Shown: positions 39,157 through 48,424, counted from the stretch's first letter. The stretch is DNA of 64,000 bases from Coriobacteriia bacterium (GCA_014859305.1 JACUUM010000003.1:550-64549), one strand, 5' to 3'. Program-made: numbers and translations. The notes: generated by a model not told the origin, from the sequence alone.

Positions 39157-39335
39157 GGCGCGGACCTCTCGTGCGGGTACAGGCGGACGGTTCCTACCCG
39201 GGAAGGGCGGGAGGGCGGTGGCAGCCGCATTGACCGACGCCTAGCAGTGATGCACTCTGACTCCTAGAGGTGCCGCACGCGTGTGCGCGCACCGCAACCC
39301 CGGCCCGCACCCCGAACGCACGAGGGAGCCCGCGC

Positions 39336-40379
39336 ATGCCCCTGCGGCCGCTCGTCCAGTCGCGGAAGACGCTGCTCGAGGCGGCGCTGCTGTCGTGCCG
39401 GCGGCAGTGGGGCGAGCTCGGCGTGTCCGCTCGCAGCGGCGGCGGACAGCGCTGGGAGGCCGGCGTCATCGACCCCGAGGCGCTGCTCGTCTTCTCGCTC
39501 GAGGTCGGCAGGCGGGACCCGCGGCTCTTCGACGGGGTGCTCGACTGGCTGGTGGAGCACGGGCCGGCCATCGACATCTCGCGCCTGCGCCGCTTCGTGC
39601 GCGTCTCGCCGATCGCCGTCCGGCGCCTCGCCGCCGCCGTCGCCGAGATGCTCGACTCGCGCCTGGCCGACCCCAAGTGGACCGCTCTCGCCGAGACCTG
39701 GATCGCCGAGGAGGCCGATGAGCCCTGGGAGCCGCAGGCGCTCTTCCTCGGCGCCGACGGGGAGCCGCAGGCGCCGCCGGAGGAGCCAGACGAGCTCTTC
39801 GCCCGCCACGGCTTCCTGCGCGCGCCGCTCACGCTGAGAGGCATGACCGCCCCCCTGCCCGTGCGCTCGCCCGCGCTGCTGCGCTTCCGGGCGCGCGCGC
39901 TGGTCGGCATAGGGGCGCGCGCGGAGGTGCTCACGTACCTGTGGACGCACGAGCAGGCGCACGGACGGCTCATCCACGCGCGCTCCGGTTACAGCCAGCG
40001 CATCGTCGCGGAGTACCTCTCGGACCTGGAGCGGGCGGGCTTCGCCGAGGTCCGCCGAGCCGGAGGGCGGCAGCTCGACTACTCGCTCACGGAGCGCTTG
40101 CGGTTGCCCGAGGAGGACCGGGTGCCGTACGTGGACTGGGCGACGTTCCTGCCCGCCTACGCTGCGCTCACGCGCGAGGCCGGCGCGCTCGCGCGCGAGG
40201 AGCTCTCGGCGTTCATCGCGTCCTCGCGGCTGCGCCGTGCGTTGCGTGACCTCGACGAGGGTCTGGAGGCCGAGGGCAGCCGCGTACGCATAGGCGACCT
40301 CGCCCAGCACTCGAACGAGGGGCTCGTGCAGGCCTGGCCCGCGATCGCCGAGGAGATCGCCGTGGGGGTGCGGGGGTAG
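39336..40379 (+). CDS. hypothetical protein with a C-terminal winged-helix-like segment
   Basis: VLTYLWTHEQAHGRLIHARSGYSQRIVAEYLSDLERAGFAEV resembles a wHTH. I do not recognise the N-terminal 200 aa or so. The ORF is open from 39270. Confidence 0.5.
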   Translation: MPLRPLVQSRKTLLEAALLSCRRQWGELGVSARSGGGQRWEAGVIDPEALLVFSLEVGRRDPRLFDGVLDWLVEHGPAIDISRLRRFVRVSPIAVRRLAAAVAEMLDSRLADPKWTALAETWIAEEADEPWEPQALFLGADGEPQAPPEEPDELFARHGFLRAPLTLRGMTAPLPVRSPALLRFRARALVGIGARAEVLTYLWTHEQAHGRLIHARSGYSQRIVAEYLSDLERAGFAEVRRAGGRQLDYSLTERLRLPEEDRVPYVDWATFLPAYAALTREAGALAREELSAFIASSRLRRALRDLDEGLEAEGSRVRIGDLAQHSNEGLVQAWPAIAEEIAVGVRG

Positions 40380-40405
40380 CCGGTCCTCGGCGCCGGTCCT
40401 CGGCG
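40380..40405. repeat. perfect tandem duplication CCGGTCCTCGGCG x2, immediately after the stop codon
   Basis: Read directly: 40380..40392 is identical to 40393..40405. Confidence 0.9.
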
Positions 40406-40451
40406 CAGCGCTCTACCTCGGGACATCTCGTCTCGATCTTCGCGCGCCCCG

Positions 40452-42152
40452 CTAGCTCTGCACGTCGAGCTGCCAGAACGTCCAGTTCGACACGGCCGGT
40501 GGACCTCCGAAGATGTAGGAACGGCCGATCGTGGGCGTCCCGGTCACCGCCCATACCTCCTCCAGGAAGGAGCGCTGGGCGGAGGGCAACCTGCCCTCGG
40601 TGTCGTAGAGCCACGGCGAGGTCGACTTCGACGGCGTGAGCAGTATCGGCTTCGGCCGAGAGAACCAGCCCTGGCTGCAGAACGGGGCCGCCGAGAGGGC
40701 GTCCGGGAAGTCGTCGCCGCGGCAGACCGCGATCGTCTCGCGCTCGCTGCGCGTGAGCGCGTCGGGACGCCCGGGCGTCCCGACGGAAGCGGTGTCGGCC
40801 GGGAGCCCGGCCGCCCACGTCGCGAAGACCTTGGCGGTCTGGTACCGATCCGCTCCGGCGAGCCTGATGACGTGAGCCGAGCCGAGCTCGGCTCTCAGGC
40901 GCGTCTGGATGTCGGCCGAGACGACCGAAGGGCCGCCGACGATCGCGACGTCGGTGATGCCCAAGTCGCGGATGCAGTCGAGCACACGGGGATCGAGCCT
41001 GTCCTGCCGGGTGAGCAGTATCGGCGCGAAGTTGCCCGCCGACATCGACGACGCCGCCAGCGCGTCGGGGTAGTTGTAGCCGTTCGCCAGGAACGCGAAG
41101 CGGCGGAACGGCGTCCCGGGCCACGGCGGCGACGCCGTGGTGACGAGCTGTCTGGTCTTGCGGGCGATCCTGTCGGCGGTCGCGATCCTGTCCCGTCCCG
41201 CGATCCGCTCCACCGTGACGGGCGCCCAGCTGGGGAACGCGTCGCGTATCTGCTGCACGACGGCGTCGCTCACGGCGGGCGGGCCACCCAGCACGTAGAC
41301 GCGGTCCGGGTCGAGCCGGACGAGCTCCGCGCGCGTCTCACCGGGCAGCGAGTCCTTCTTCGTGAGCAGGATCGGTCCCTGGCAGACGCCGGCCAGCGAT
41401 GCGCCGGCGAGTGCGTCCGGGAAGTTGTAGCCGTTCGCCACGATCGCGGTTCTGAGGTTGAAGTACCCCATGCCGCCGCGTAGCGTGATGTCGGCGAAGC
41501 GCTCCTCGCTGATGCGCACCGACGTGCGGACGCGGTCCGGCCCGTAGACGCGCGTGAAGTCGCCGACCTTCGCGCGGAACGTGTACCTGCCGGCGTTGTC
41601 GTAGTAGCCGCCGCTGACGCTGTCGCCGTAGGGGCGGACGCGGAGGAAGTAGGTACCCGCCGCGGTCGGCCTGAAGGTGAGACTCGCTCCCAGATGCTCC
41701 CACCAGGGCCCACGGATGGCTCCGGCGACAGATGCGCTGTCGAGGGTCAGCACCGGCAGCGTGTTGCCGGGGTTCGGCGTGAAGGAGAGACCCGGGCCGT
41801 AGATCTCGATGACGGGGTTCACGTCGCGGTCGTCGTTGGCGACCGCCTCGAAGAGGTAGACGATACCGGCGTCGGCGTCGGCCGCCCCCACCGAGAAGCG
41901 GAACCAGTCCTCGTCACACACCCCGCCGGACGTCGCGGCGTCGAAGGTGTGCGCCTCTGTGTACGGGTCCTTGCCGGCCGCTGCGATCGCGTACGTGATG
42001 TCGCGAGCCGACGCCGGGGTGTCGTCGCCGGGGGACTCGTACGCATCGGGCGCGAAGGTGGGCGGCCAGGCTGCGGCCGTCGGCGGCAACCAGGCGAGCG
42101 CGAGCAGGCAGGCGGACATCAGCGCTGGAAGCGCCCGGGCGCGGATCCTCAT
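40452..42152 (-). CDS. secreted protein with an N-terminal PPC-like domain and three cell-wall-binding repeat 2 (CWB2) modules
   Basis: Signal peptide MRIRARALPALMSACLLALAWLPPTAAA. DEDWFRF motif. Three repeats of ANGYNFPDALA...PILLT. Confidence 0.8.
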   Translation of the reverse strand: MRIRARALPALMSACLLALAWLPPTAAAWPPTFAPDAYESPGDDTPASARDITYAIAAAGKDPYTEAHTFDAATSGGVCDEDWFRFSVGAADADAGIVYLFEAVANDDRDVNPVIEIYGPGLSFTPNPGNTLPVLTLDSASVAGAIRGPWWEHLGASLTFRPTAAGTYFLRVRPYGDSVSGGYYDNAGRYTFRAKVGDFTRVYGPDRVRTSVRISEERFADITLRGGMGYFNLRTAIVANGYNFPDALAGASLAGVCQGPILLTKKDSLPGETRAELVRLDPDRVYVLGGPPAVSDAVVQQIRDAFPSWAPVTVERIAGRDRIATADRIARKTRQLVTTASPPWPGTPFRRFAFLANGYNYPDALAASSMSAGNFAPILLTRQDRLDPRVLDCIRDLGITDVAIVGGPSVVSADIQTRLRAELGSAHVIRLAGADRYQTAKVFATWAAGLPADTASVGTPGRPDALTRSERETIAVCRGDDFPDALSAAPFCSQGWFSRPKPILLTPSKSTSPWLYDTEGRLPSAQRSFLEEVWAVTGTPTIGRSYIFGGPPAVSNWTFWQLDVQS

Positions 42153-42270
42153 GACCCCTCCGATCCTCGGGACGGAATCGCCCTACCCCCAGAATCTACC
42201 ACGTGCGAGAGGCGTCCGGGGGTGAACCGGGCGCACCACCGCAGGTCCCTACACTACGACAGCTTCGGGA

Positions 42271-43272
42271 TCAAACCCCAGCCTTCTTGCCGCCGCCGGC
42301 GGCACGCTTCCGGGTCGAGCCTGCCGAGGATGCCGCCTTGCGCGCCGGCTTCGGCGTCTCCGCGGGGGTCTCCTCGGCGCGAGGCTCGTCGTCGAAGTAG
42401 CCGTCGTCCTCCTCGCTGTCCGCGGTGACGACTGCAGGGCGACGCCTCGAGGGAACGGCCTGGGCGCCGTCGTCTGCTTCGCGGTCCCCGACCCTCCCGC
42501 GCGCCTTGGCCATGATGGCGTACGCGGCGACTCCGGCGAGGCCGGCGAAGATCAGCAGCACGACGACCGGCGCCGTTCTCGAGCCGCCCTGAGTGCGGCC
42601 GGGTGCGCCGCTGCCGCCGGTACCGCCGAGGCCACCTGCGGTTCCGCCCGGCGAGGCGGTCGTCCCGCCCGTGTAGGTGAGCGAAGCCTCCAGCTTCTCG
42701 CCGCCCTTGAGGCCGCTCTTCCGCAGCGTGTAGTAGCTCCCCTGCGGTCCGGGCTGCTCGGGAACGAGGCCGGCCGTGGTCGTGCTGACCTGCGCCCCGG
42801 CGGGCACCTGGAGCGACAGCGATGCGGACGGCGTCTCGTAAGGCACCGCCATGGACAGAGCCAGCGTCTTGGCCCCTCCCGGCGACGCGGAAGGCGGCGA
42901 CTCGTACTCGGCCTGCGCGACGCGACTCTCCGAGAGATCGAACACGACGAGGTCGTAGCCGTCGGCTTTCTCGACGGTGTACTGCCGCTGCGGGTCCTTC
43001 GACGGATCGACGCCCACGATCTCGCCGGTCCAGAGCAGCTTCGCACCGGCCGGCACCGGAAGCGCGACCTTGGCGGGGAGTCTCGTCTCCTCCGGCAGGG
43101 TGGCCGTGACGAGCACGACGCCGGAGGACGAACCCACGTCAACCAGCAGTCTGCTGTCCAGATCCGTGACCGGAGCATAGGCCGGCTGCGCGACGGCGGC
43201 CGGCGTGAGCGCCAGCGCCAGCGCCAGGGACAGCATCGCCGCTGTCAACGGCCGAAGACGGGTGTGAGACAT
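42271..43272 (-). CDS. hypothetical exported protein with a C-terminal TM anchor and a charged cytoplasmic tail
   Basis: Signal peptide (LSLALALALTPAAVAQP), Gly-rich linker, TM APVVVLLIFAGLAGVAAYAIM, and a Lys/Arg/Glu-rich tail. Confidence 0.6.
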   Translation of the reverse strand: MSHTRLRPLTAAMLSLALALALTPAAVAQPAYAPVTDLDSRLLVDVGSSSGVVLVTATLPEETRLPAKVALPVPAGAKLLWTGEIVGVDPSKDPQRQYTVEKADGYDLVVFDLSESRVAQAEYESPPSASPGGAKTLALSMAVPYETPSASLSLQVPAGAQVSTTTAGLVPEQPGPQGSYYTLRKSGLKGGEKLEASLTYTGGTTASPGGTAGGLGGTGGSGAPGRTQGGSRTAPVVVLLIFAGLAGVAAYAIMAKARGRVGDREADDGAQAVPSRRRPAVVTADSEEDDGYFDDEPRAEETPAETPKPARKAASSAGSTRKRAAGGGKKAGV

Positions 43273-43546
43273 TGTCTTCTCCTGGTCGACGATGTGCATG
43301 GACGCGCCGGAGTCGAGGGACCCGCGGTGGCGCGTCCCGGGGGCTCCGTGGCCGCGTCCTCCCGGGTCGAGGTCACTCCCGGTCCGGCTGGTTCCTTCTC
43401 CTCGCCTGCGGAGCGAGGGTCATGCCGTTTCCCATCCTTGCCAGACACGTGGTGCGGAATCGAGACCGCGCTTCGGGGCCGCCGTGGCTGTCGCACCGGC
43501 CCGAGCGGCCCTTCACATCCCGCGCTCCGGCGCCTACCCTCAGGAG

Positions 43547-44158
43547 ATGACCACGGGACTGGACGCGGCCAAGGCGCTGGCGGCCGAGGCCGACCCGGCC
43601 GAGGCGGCGAGGCGCTGCGGGATCGGCTTCACCGGCGGAGAGGACGCGCACTTCGCGCTGCCCCTGCTCGGCCGGCCCGTGCGTATCGGCCACCCCGGCT
43701 TCGAGGCCGTCTTCTCCGACGACGGGCGGTCCGTCCCGGGCCATGTCGCCGCCGTGCTGCTGCGTCACATCGCGGTCTCGGACGGCACGCCTCCGACCGG
43801 GCGCTGGGTGTCCTTCGCCGAACTACCTGAAGGCCGCTTCTACGTCAGCGCCTGGCGCGGGTACACCGGCACTGCGCTGGTGCGGCACTTCGGGGAGCGT
43901 GCCGAGGACCTTCGCTCCGCCGCGGCGTCCCTGGGCGCGCGCCCGCTGGACCTGCCCGGAGAGGTCGTCCTGCTGCTGCCGGCGCTGCCGCGCATGCCGC
44001 TCGCGCTGACCTTCTGGAGCGCCGACGACGAGTTCGAGGCGCGGGCCGACATCCTCTACGACGCCTCCGCGTCCCACCACCTCCCCATCGACGGCTGCGC
44101 GCTGCTGGGCGCGATCGCGACCCACGCGCTGATGGCGGCGGATCCGGGCGAGGGGTAG
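43547..44158 (+). CDS. DUF3786 domain protein
   Basis: ATG 43547 follows AGGAG. GIGFTGGEDAHFALPLLGRPVRI...WVSFAELPEGRFY...FWSADDEF match my memory of DUF3786. Confidence 0.65.
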   Translation: MTTGLDAAKALAAEADPAEAARRCGIGFTGGEDAHFALPLLGRPVRIGHPGFEAVFSDDGRSVPGHVAAVLLRHIAVSDGTPPTGRWVSFAELPEGRFYVSAWRGYTGTALVRHFGERAEDLRSAAASLGARPLDLPGEVVLLLPALPRMPLALTFWSADDEFEARADILYDASASHHLPIDGCALLGAIATHALMAADPGEG

Positions 44159-44233
44159 GAGGGTGTGAGCCGCCGAGAGCGCCCCCGCCGCCGAACGGGA
44201 CGTCCACGTCCGGGGTTGTGCGATGATGCGCCA

Positions 44234-44926
44234 ATGGAAGCCGTCCGCCTGCTGATGACCCTCGAGCCGTTCGAGCCGCGCATCTGGCGGCGCGTCCTCG
44301 TCCCGGACTCCTTCACGCTCAACGGAGTGCACCGCGTGGTGCAGGCGGCGTTCGGCTGGGAGGACTGCCACCTGCACCGCTTCGAGATCGACCGGGTACG
44401 CTACGAGGTCCCGGACCCCGAGTGGCCGTGGGACCCGCCCGCCCCCGCCTGGTGTGAGGAGCTGCTCGGCCGGGGCGTCGACCCGGCCGAGGTCGAGGCG
44501 CTGCGCACGCCTCCGCGCGACGAGCGGAAGGTGCGGCTGCGGGATGTCGTCGGGCGGGGAGTGAGGCGCTTCGAGTACCTGTACGACTTCGGGGACGGCT
44601 GGGATCACACGATCGAGGTCGAAGGTGTCCAGCAAGTGGACGTCGGCCGACTCCCGGCACTCCTGGAAGGCGAGCGTTCAGGGCCGCCCGAGGACTGTGG
44701 GGGCATCCCCGGCTACGAGCAGATCCTCGCCGCGTACGCGGGCGAGCGGGTCGACGAATGGGGGCGCGAACGCGCGGAGTGGGCTCGCGCCGTCATGGGA
44801 TGGCGCTGGAACCCCGAGCACTTCGATCCCGAACTGGCCCAGGACCGGCTGTCGAGGACGTGGCGGGGGCGAGGTCCTTCCGAGCGGGGACGGAGAGCCC
44901 GCCGGCCGGGCGACTCAGGGACCTGA
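44234..44926 (+). CDS. plasmid pRiA4b ORF-3-like (MM3350-like) domain protein
   Basis: PRIWRRVLVP, AFGWEDCHLHRF, YLYDFGDGWDHTIEVE and GPPEDCGGIPGY. The ORF is open from GTG 44165. Confidence 0.8.
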   Translation: MEAVRLLMTLEPFEPRIWRRVLVPDSFTLNGVHRVVQAAFGWEDCHLHRFEIDRVRYEVPDPEWPWDPPAPAWCEELLGRGVDPAEVEALRTPPRDERKVRLRDVVGRGVRRFEYLYDFGDGWDHTIEVEGVQQVDVGRLPALLEGERSGPPEDCGGIPGYEQILAAYAGERVDEWGRERAEWARAVMGWRWNPEHFDPELAQDRLSRTWRGRGPSERGRRARRPGDSGT

Positions 44927-45192
44927 TCGCCGCCGAAAGCCGGAGCTGCGTACTCCGCGAGATCCGACGCACACCCGTTGACGCCGCTCGTCGACCCTCA
45001 CGTCGCGCCGTTCGTCGGTCGGATGAGGAGGCGCGCGGGCGGCACGGCATGCGGGAGTGTGCGCTGTTCCACTCCCGGCGGAGATCGAACCGGGCCGGAC
45101 GCCCTCGGCGCGCAGGGCCGAGCCGTCCCGCGGCCGCCGTTGTCAGACCGCCGTCGTATGCTCCGTCCGTCGACTCGAACGAGGTGATTGGC

Positions 45193-46680
45193 ATGGCACG
45201 GACGTACCGGCTGTCCAAGTCGCGGTTCCAGAGCGGGCTTCAGTGTCCGAAGTGCCTCTGGCTCAAGGTGCACGCGCCGGAGCTGGCCGACCCGCTGAGC
45301 GAGCGGCAGCAGGCGATCTTCGCCGACGGGCACCGCATCGGCGAGCTCGCGCGGAAGCGTTTCCCCGGAGGCGTCCTCGTGGCCGAGGACCACCGGTACG
45401 GCGCCCAGGCGCTGGAGACGACCAGGCGGCTGTTGGCCGAAGGGGTGGACGCGATCTACGAGGCCGCGCTCGAGCACGACGGTGTCTTCGTCCGCGCCGA
45501 CGTGCTCGTGCGGCGCGGCGAAGCGTGGGACCTCGTGGAGGTGAAGTCCTCCACCAGCTGCAAGCCGGAGCACCTGACCGATGCCGCCGTCCAGGCCTAC
45601 GTCGTCGAGGGCGCCGGGCTGCGGCTGGGGCGTGTGTACGTGATGCACCTGGACAACACCTACGTCTACGAGGGAGGCGAGTACGATCTGGAGCGACTCT
45701 TCGCTCTCGCCGATCTCACCGACCCCGTCCGCGCTTACCTTCCGTGCGTACCCGGCGAAGTTCGACGCATGCTCGCCCTGCTCGCGGGCGAGTGTCCGGA
45801 TGTCCGCATCGGCAAGCACTGCGGGAAGCCGTACGACTGCGCGTTCATGGGGCACTGCCACGCCTTCCTGCCCGAGTTCCCCGTGACCGAGATCCCACGG
45901 ATCTCCTCGGAGGTGTTGGACGCGCTGCTGGACGACGGCATCGAGTGCATCCTCGACGTGCCGCCGGCGCACCCGGGGCTGACGGCCAAGCAGCGCGAGG
46001 TCTGCCAGGTGATCCAGGCCGGCAGGCTCCTGGTGAAGGGCGACATCGGGAAGACGCTCGTCAGACTCACCTCCCCGGTCCACTTCCTGGACTTCGAGAC
46101 GTTCAAGCCGGCGCTGCCGCTGTACCCCGGCACGCGGCCGCATCAGCAGCTGCCCTTCCAGTTCTCGGACCACGTCATGCGCTCCGACGGCAGCCTCGAG
46201 CACCGCGAGTTCCTCCACGGCGCCGAGGGGGACCCGCGTCCGGCGTTCGTCCGCGCGCTGCTTCAGGCCGTCGACGGCAAAGGCAGCGTCGTCGTCTACA
46301 CCGGCTTCGAGAACACCGTCCTCTCGGCGCTCGCCCGCGATCTCCCGGAACACGCGGAGCGCATCGGGGGGATCCGGCGGCGCCTGTTCGACTTGCACGA
46401 CGTGGTGGCCGACCACGTGCGCCACCCGGACTTCCACGGCTCCACGTCGATCAAGTACGTGCTGCCGGCGCTGGTGGACGACCTGTCCTACGATGGCCTG
46501 GCGATCCGCGACGGGGACGCGGCGATGCTGCGGTACGAGGCGGCCGCTCGCGGCGAGATCGCAGGGGAGGAGCGTGAGCGGCTCTTCGCCGACCTGCGGG
46601 CGTACTGCGGGACGGACACGATGGCGATGGTGCGCCTCTACGAACGGTTCGGCGAGATGGCGCTGGAAGCGGCCGGGTAG
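45193..46680 (+). CDS. DUF2779-type dual nuclease (Cas4-like PD-(D/E)XK with Cys cluster, plus a DEDDy exonuclease-like domain)
   Basis: SKSRFQSGLQCPKCLW, ADVLV...DLVEVKSS and HCGKPYDCAFMGHC. C-terminal half has HFLDFET...FENTVL...YCGTDTMAM. Confidence 0.8.
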   Translation: MARTYRLSKSRFQSGLQCPKCLWLKVHAPELADPLSERQQAIFADGHRIGELARKRFPGGVLVAEDHRYGAQALETTRRLLAEGVDAIYEAALEHDGVFVRADVLVRRGEAWDLVEVKSSTSCKPEHLTDAAVQAYVVEGAGLRLGRVYVMHLDNTYVYEGGEYDLERLFALADLTDPVRAYLPCVPGEVRRMLALLAGECPDVRIGKHCGKPYDCAFMGHCHAFLPEFPVTEIPRISSEVLDALLDDGIECILDVPPAHPGLTAKQREVCQVIQAGRLLVKGDIGKTLVRLTSPVHFLDFETFKPALPLYPGTRPHQQLPFQFSDHVMRSDGSLEHREFLHGAEGDPRPAFVRALLQAVDGKGSVVVYTGFENTVLSALARDLPEHAERIGGIRRRLFDLHDVVADHVRHPDFHGSTSIKYVLPALVDDLSYDGLAIRDGDAAMLRYEAAARGEIAGEERERLFADLRAYCGTDTMAMVRLYERFGEMALEAAG

Positions 46681-46831
46681 CCCGGCGGCGAGCAGGCCAC
46701 CGCTCCCGTCCTGGGAGCCGCCGCTGTCCCGGCTCCGACTCGCGGCAGCCCCGGGGCCGTGGTATACCGCTTGCAGCGCGTCGAGCAAGCGAGACGCCCG
46801 GCCCGGCAGCCGGCTCACCCCCGGAGTCCCC

Positions 46832-48295
46832 ATCCGCATACCTGCGATCCGACCCCGACGCACGCGTCTCAGGCAGGCGGTCCAGGCCGTCAGCTTCGTG
46901 GCGTTCGTCGCGCTGACGGTCGCAGGGCTGGGCATGCGGCTGCCCTGGCTGGCTGAGGACCTCTTCTCGCGTCTCGATCCCCTGGTCGGACTGGCGGCGC
47001 TCGTCGCGTCACGCAGGGCGATCGCGTTCTGGGCCACCGCGCTGGTCACCGTCGCGCTCACGGTCGCCTTCGGCCGCGCATGGTGCGGCTGGCTGTGTCC
47101 GGTCGGCACGCTGCTCGACGTGCTGCCTGCGGCTCCCCGCGGACGCGCGCCGAAGCTGCGCGGGGGGTGGCGTCTGGGCAAGTACGTCACGCTTGCCGTC
47201 GTCGCGGGCGCGGCCGCATCGGGGACGCTCTCCCCGATGGTGCTCGATCCGGTCACCATCGTCACGCGCCCGCTACAGGAGCTCGCGCGACCCTTCGCCG
47301 GCACCGACGCGATCGCGGTGAACGCCGGGGCGTCGATCGGCCGCTATGCGTTCCGCGCGATCGCGCTGCTCTCACTGGTGCCGCTGGCCGCCGTCGTCGG
47401 GCTCAACGCCCTGGGCCGCCGCGGGTGGTGCCGCGCGCTCTGCCCGCTCGGCGGCCTGCTCGCGCTGCTCGCCAGGCTGCCGGGCGTCAGGCGTGCCGTG
47501 GGAGCCGGCGCGTGCACGGGGTGCGCTCGTTGCGCGAGCGGCTGCCCGACCTGGGCGGTCGAGCGCGCGGAAGGCTTCGCGTCGCGTTCCGAGGAGTGCA
47601 TGCTGTGCATGCGCTGCGCGGACCGCTGTCCGGAGGGCGCGATCTCGTTCCGGCCCGTGCCGGCGGCCGTCCTGACGCCCGCGTTCCGTCCCGAGCGTCG
47701 CGAGGCGCTCGTCGCGCTGGGCGTGACGGCCGCATCGCTCGCGGTGGCCGCGCTCCCGCTGCGCGCGGACGCGACCACGCTGCGGCCGCCCGGCACCGAC
47801 GAGGCGCGTCTCGCAAGGCTGTGCGTGCGCTGCGGGGCGTGCTACAGCGCGTGCCCCAGCGCCTCTCTCCGGCCGAGCCTCTCGCTGACCTCCCCTGCGG
47901 GGCTCTGGACGCCGATGCTCGACGAGCGGCCCGTCCACTGCACGCTGAGCTGCAACCGCTGCGCCCGAGTGTGCCCGACCGACGCGTTGCACACGCTCAG
48001 CGACTGGGAGCAGGTGATGCTGGGCATCGGAACCGTCGCGCGAGTGGACCGCCGCCGCTGTCGGGCATGGGGCGGCGGGCGGAGCTGCATGGTCTGCCGA
48101 GGAGCGTGCCCGATCACCGGCGCTCTCACTCAGACTCAGGCCCCCGGGCGCTTCGGAGGGACCGTCGGTGCGCCGGTGGTCGACGTCGAGGCGTGCGTCG
48201 GCTGCAACCAGTGCGCTCGCGTCTGTCCGGAGATGCCGCCGGCGATCCGGGTGCCGGGCTCCAAGGCGCCCGGGCTTCCGGTCGGGCCTGCGTAG
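46832..48295 (+). CDS. membrane polyferredoxin (NapH/MauN-like N-terminal TM region plus several 4Fe-4S motifs); start codon uncertain
   Basis: GRAWCGWLCPVGT, RRGWCRALCPLG, CTGCARCASGCP, CMLCMRCADRCP, CVRCGACYSACP, CNRCARVCP and CVGCNQCARVCP. There is no in-frame ATG/GTG/TTG between 46682 and GTG 46898. Confidence 0.75.
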   Translation: MRIPAIRPRRTRLRQAVQAVSFVAFVALTVAGLGMRLPWLAEDLFSRLDPLVGLAALVASRRAIAFWATALVTVALTVAFGRAWCGWLCPVGTLLDVLPAAPRGRAPKLRGGWRLGKYVTLAVVAGAAASGTLSPMVLDPVTIVTRPLQELARPFAGTDAIAVNAGASIGRYAFRAIALLSLVPLAAVVGLNALGRRGWCRALCPLGGLLALLARLPGVRRAVGAGACTGCARCASGCPTWAVERAEGFASRSEECMLCMRCADRCPEGAISFRPVPAAVLTPAFRPERREALVALGVTAASLAVAALPLRADATTLRPPGTDEARLARLCVRCGACYSACPSASLRPSLSLTSPAGLWTPMLDERPVHCTLSCNRCARVCPTDALHTLSDWEQVMLGIGTVARVDRRRCRAWGGGRSCMVCRGACPITGALTQTQAPGRFGGTVGAPVVDVEACVGCNQCARVCPEMPPAIRVPGSKAPGLPVGPA

Positions 48296-48424
48296 GCATC
48301 GGGTGTGCGGCCCCCTCCCGGTACCCGCGTTCCCATCCGTCGCCGAGCGTGCGCCCCTTCCCCCGCGTCGCGGTTCGGCTACGGAGTGTGAGGGCGGGAG
48401 ATCATGCGGACGTGCGGCACCGCG

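Noticed and set aside
45075-45097. tRNA T-arm-like string (CCGGCGGAGATCGAACCGGGCCGG) that could mark a tRNA or an att-site remnant
   Set aside because: The would-be T loop is 11 nt rather than 7. No acceptor, anticodon or D arms can be drawn around it. This is most likely chance similarity.
44998-47304. 768-aa ORF on the minus strand
   Set aside because: It lies antisense to the DUF2779 nuclease and the polyferredoxin, both of which have strong motif support. It has no motifs of its own.
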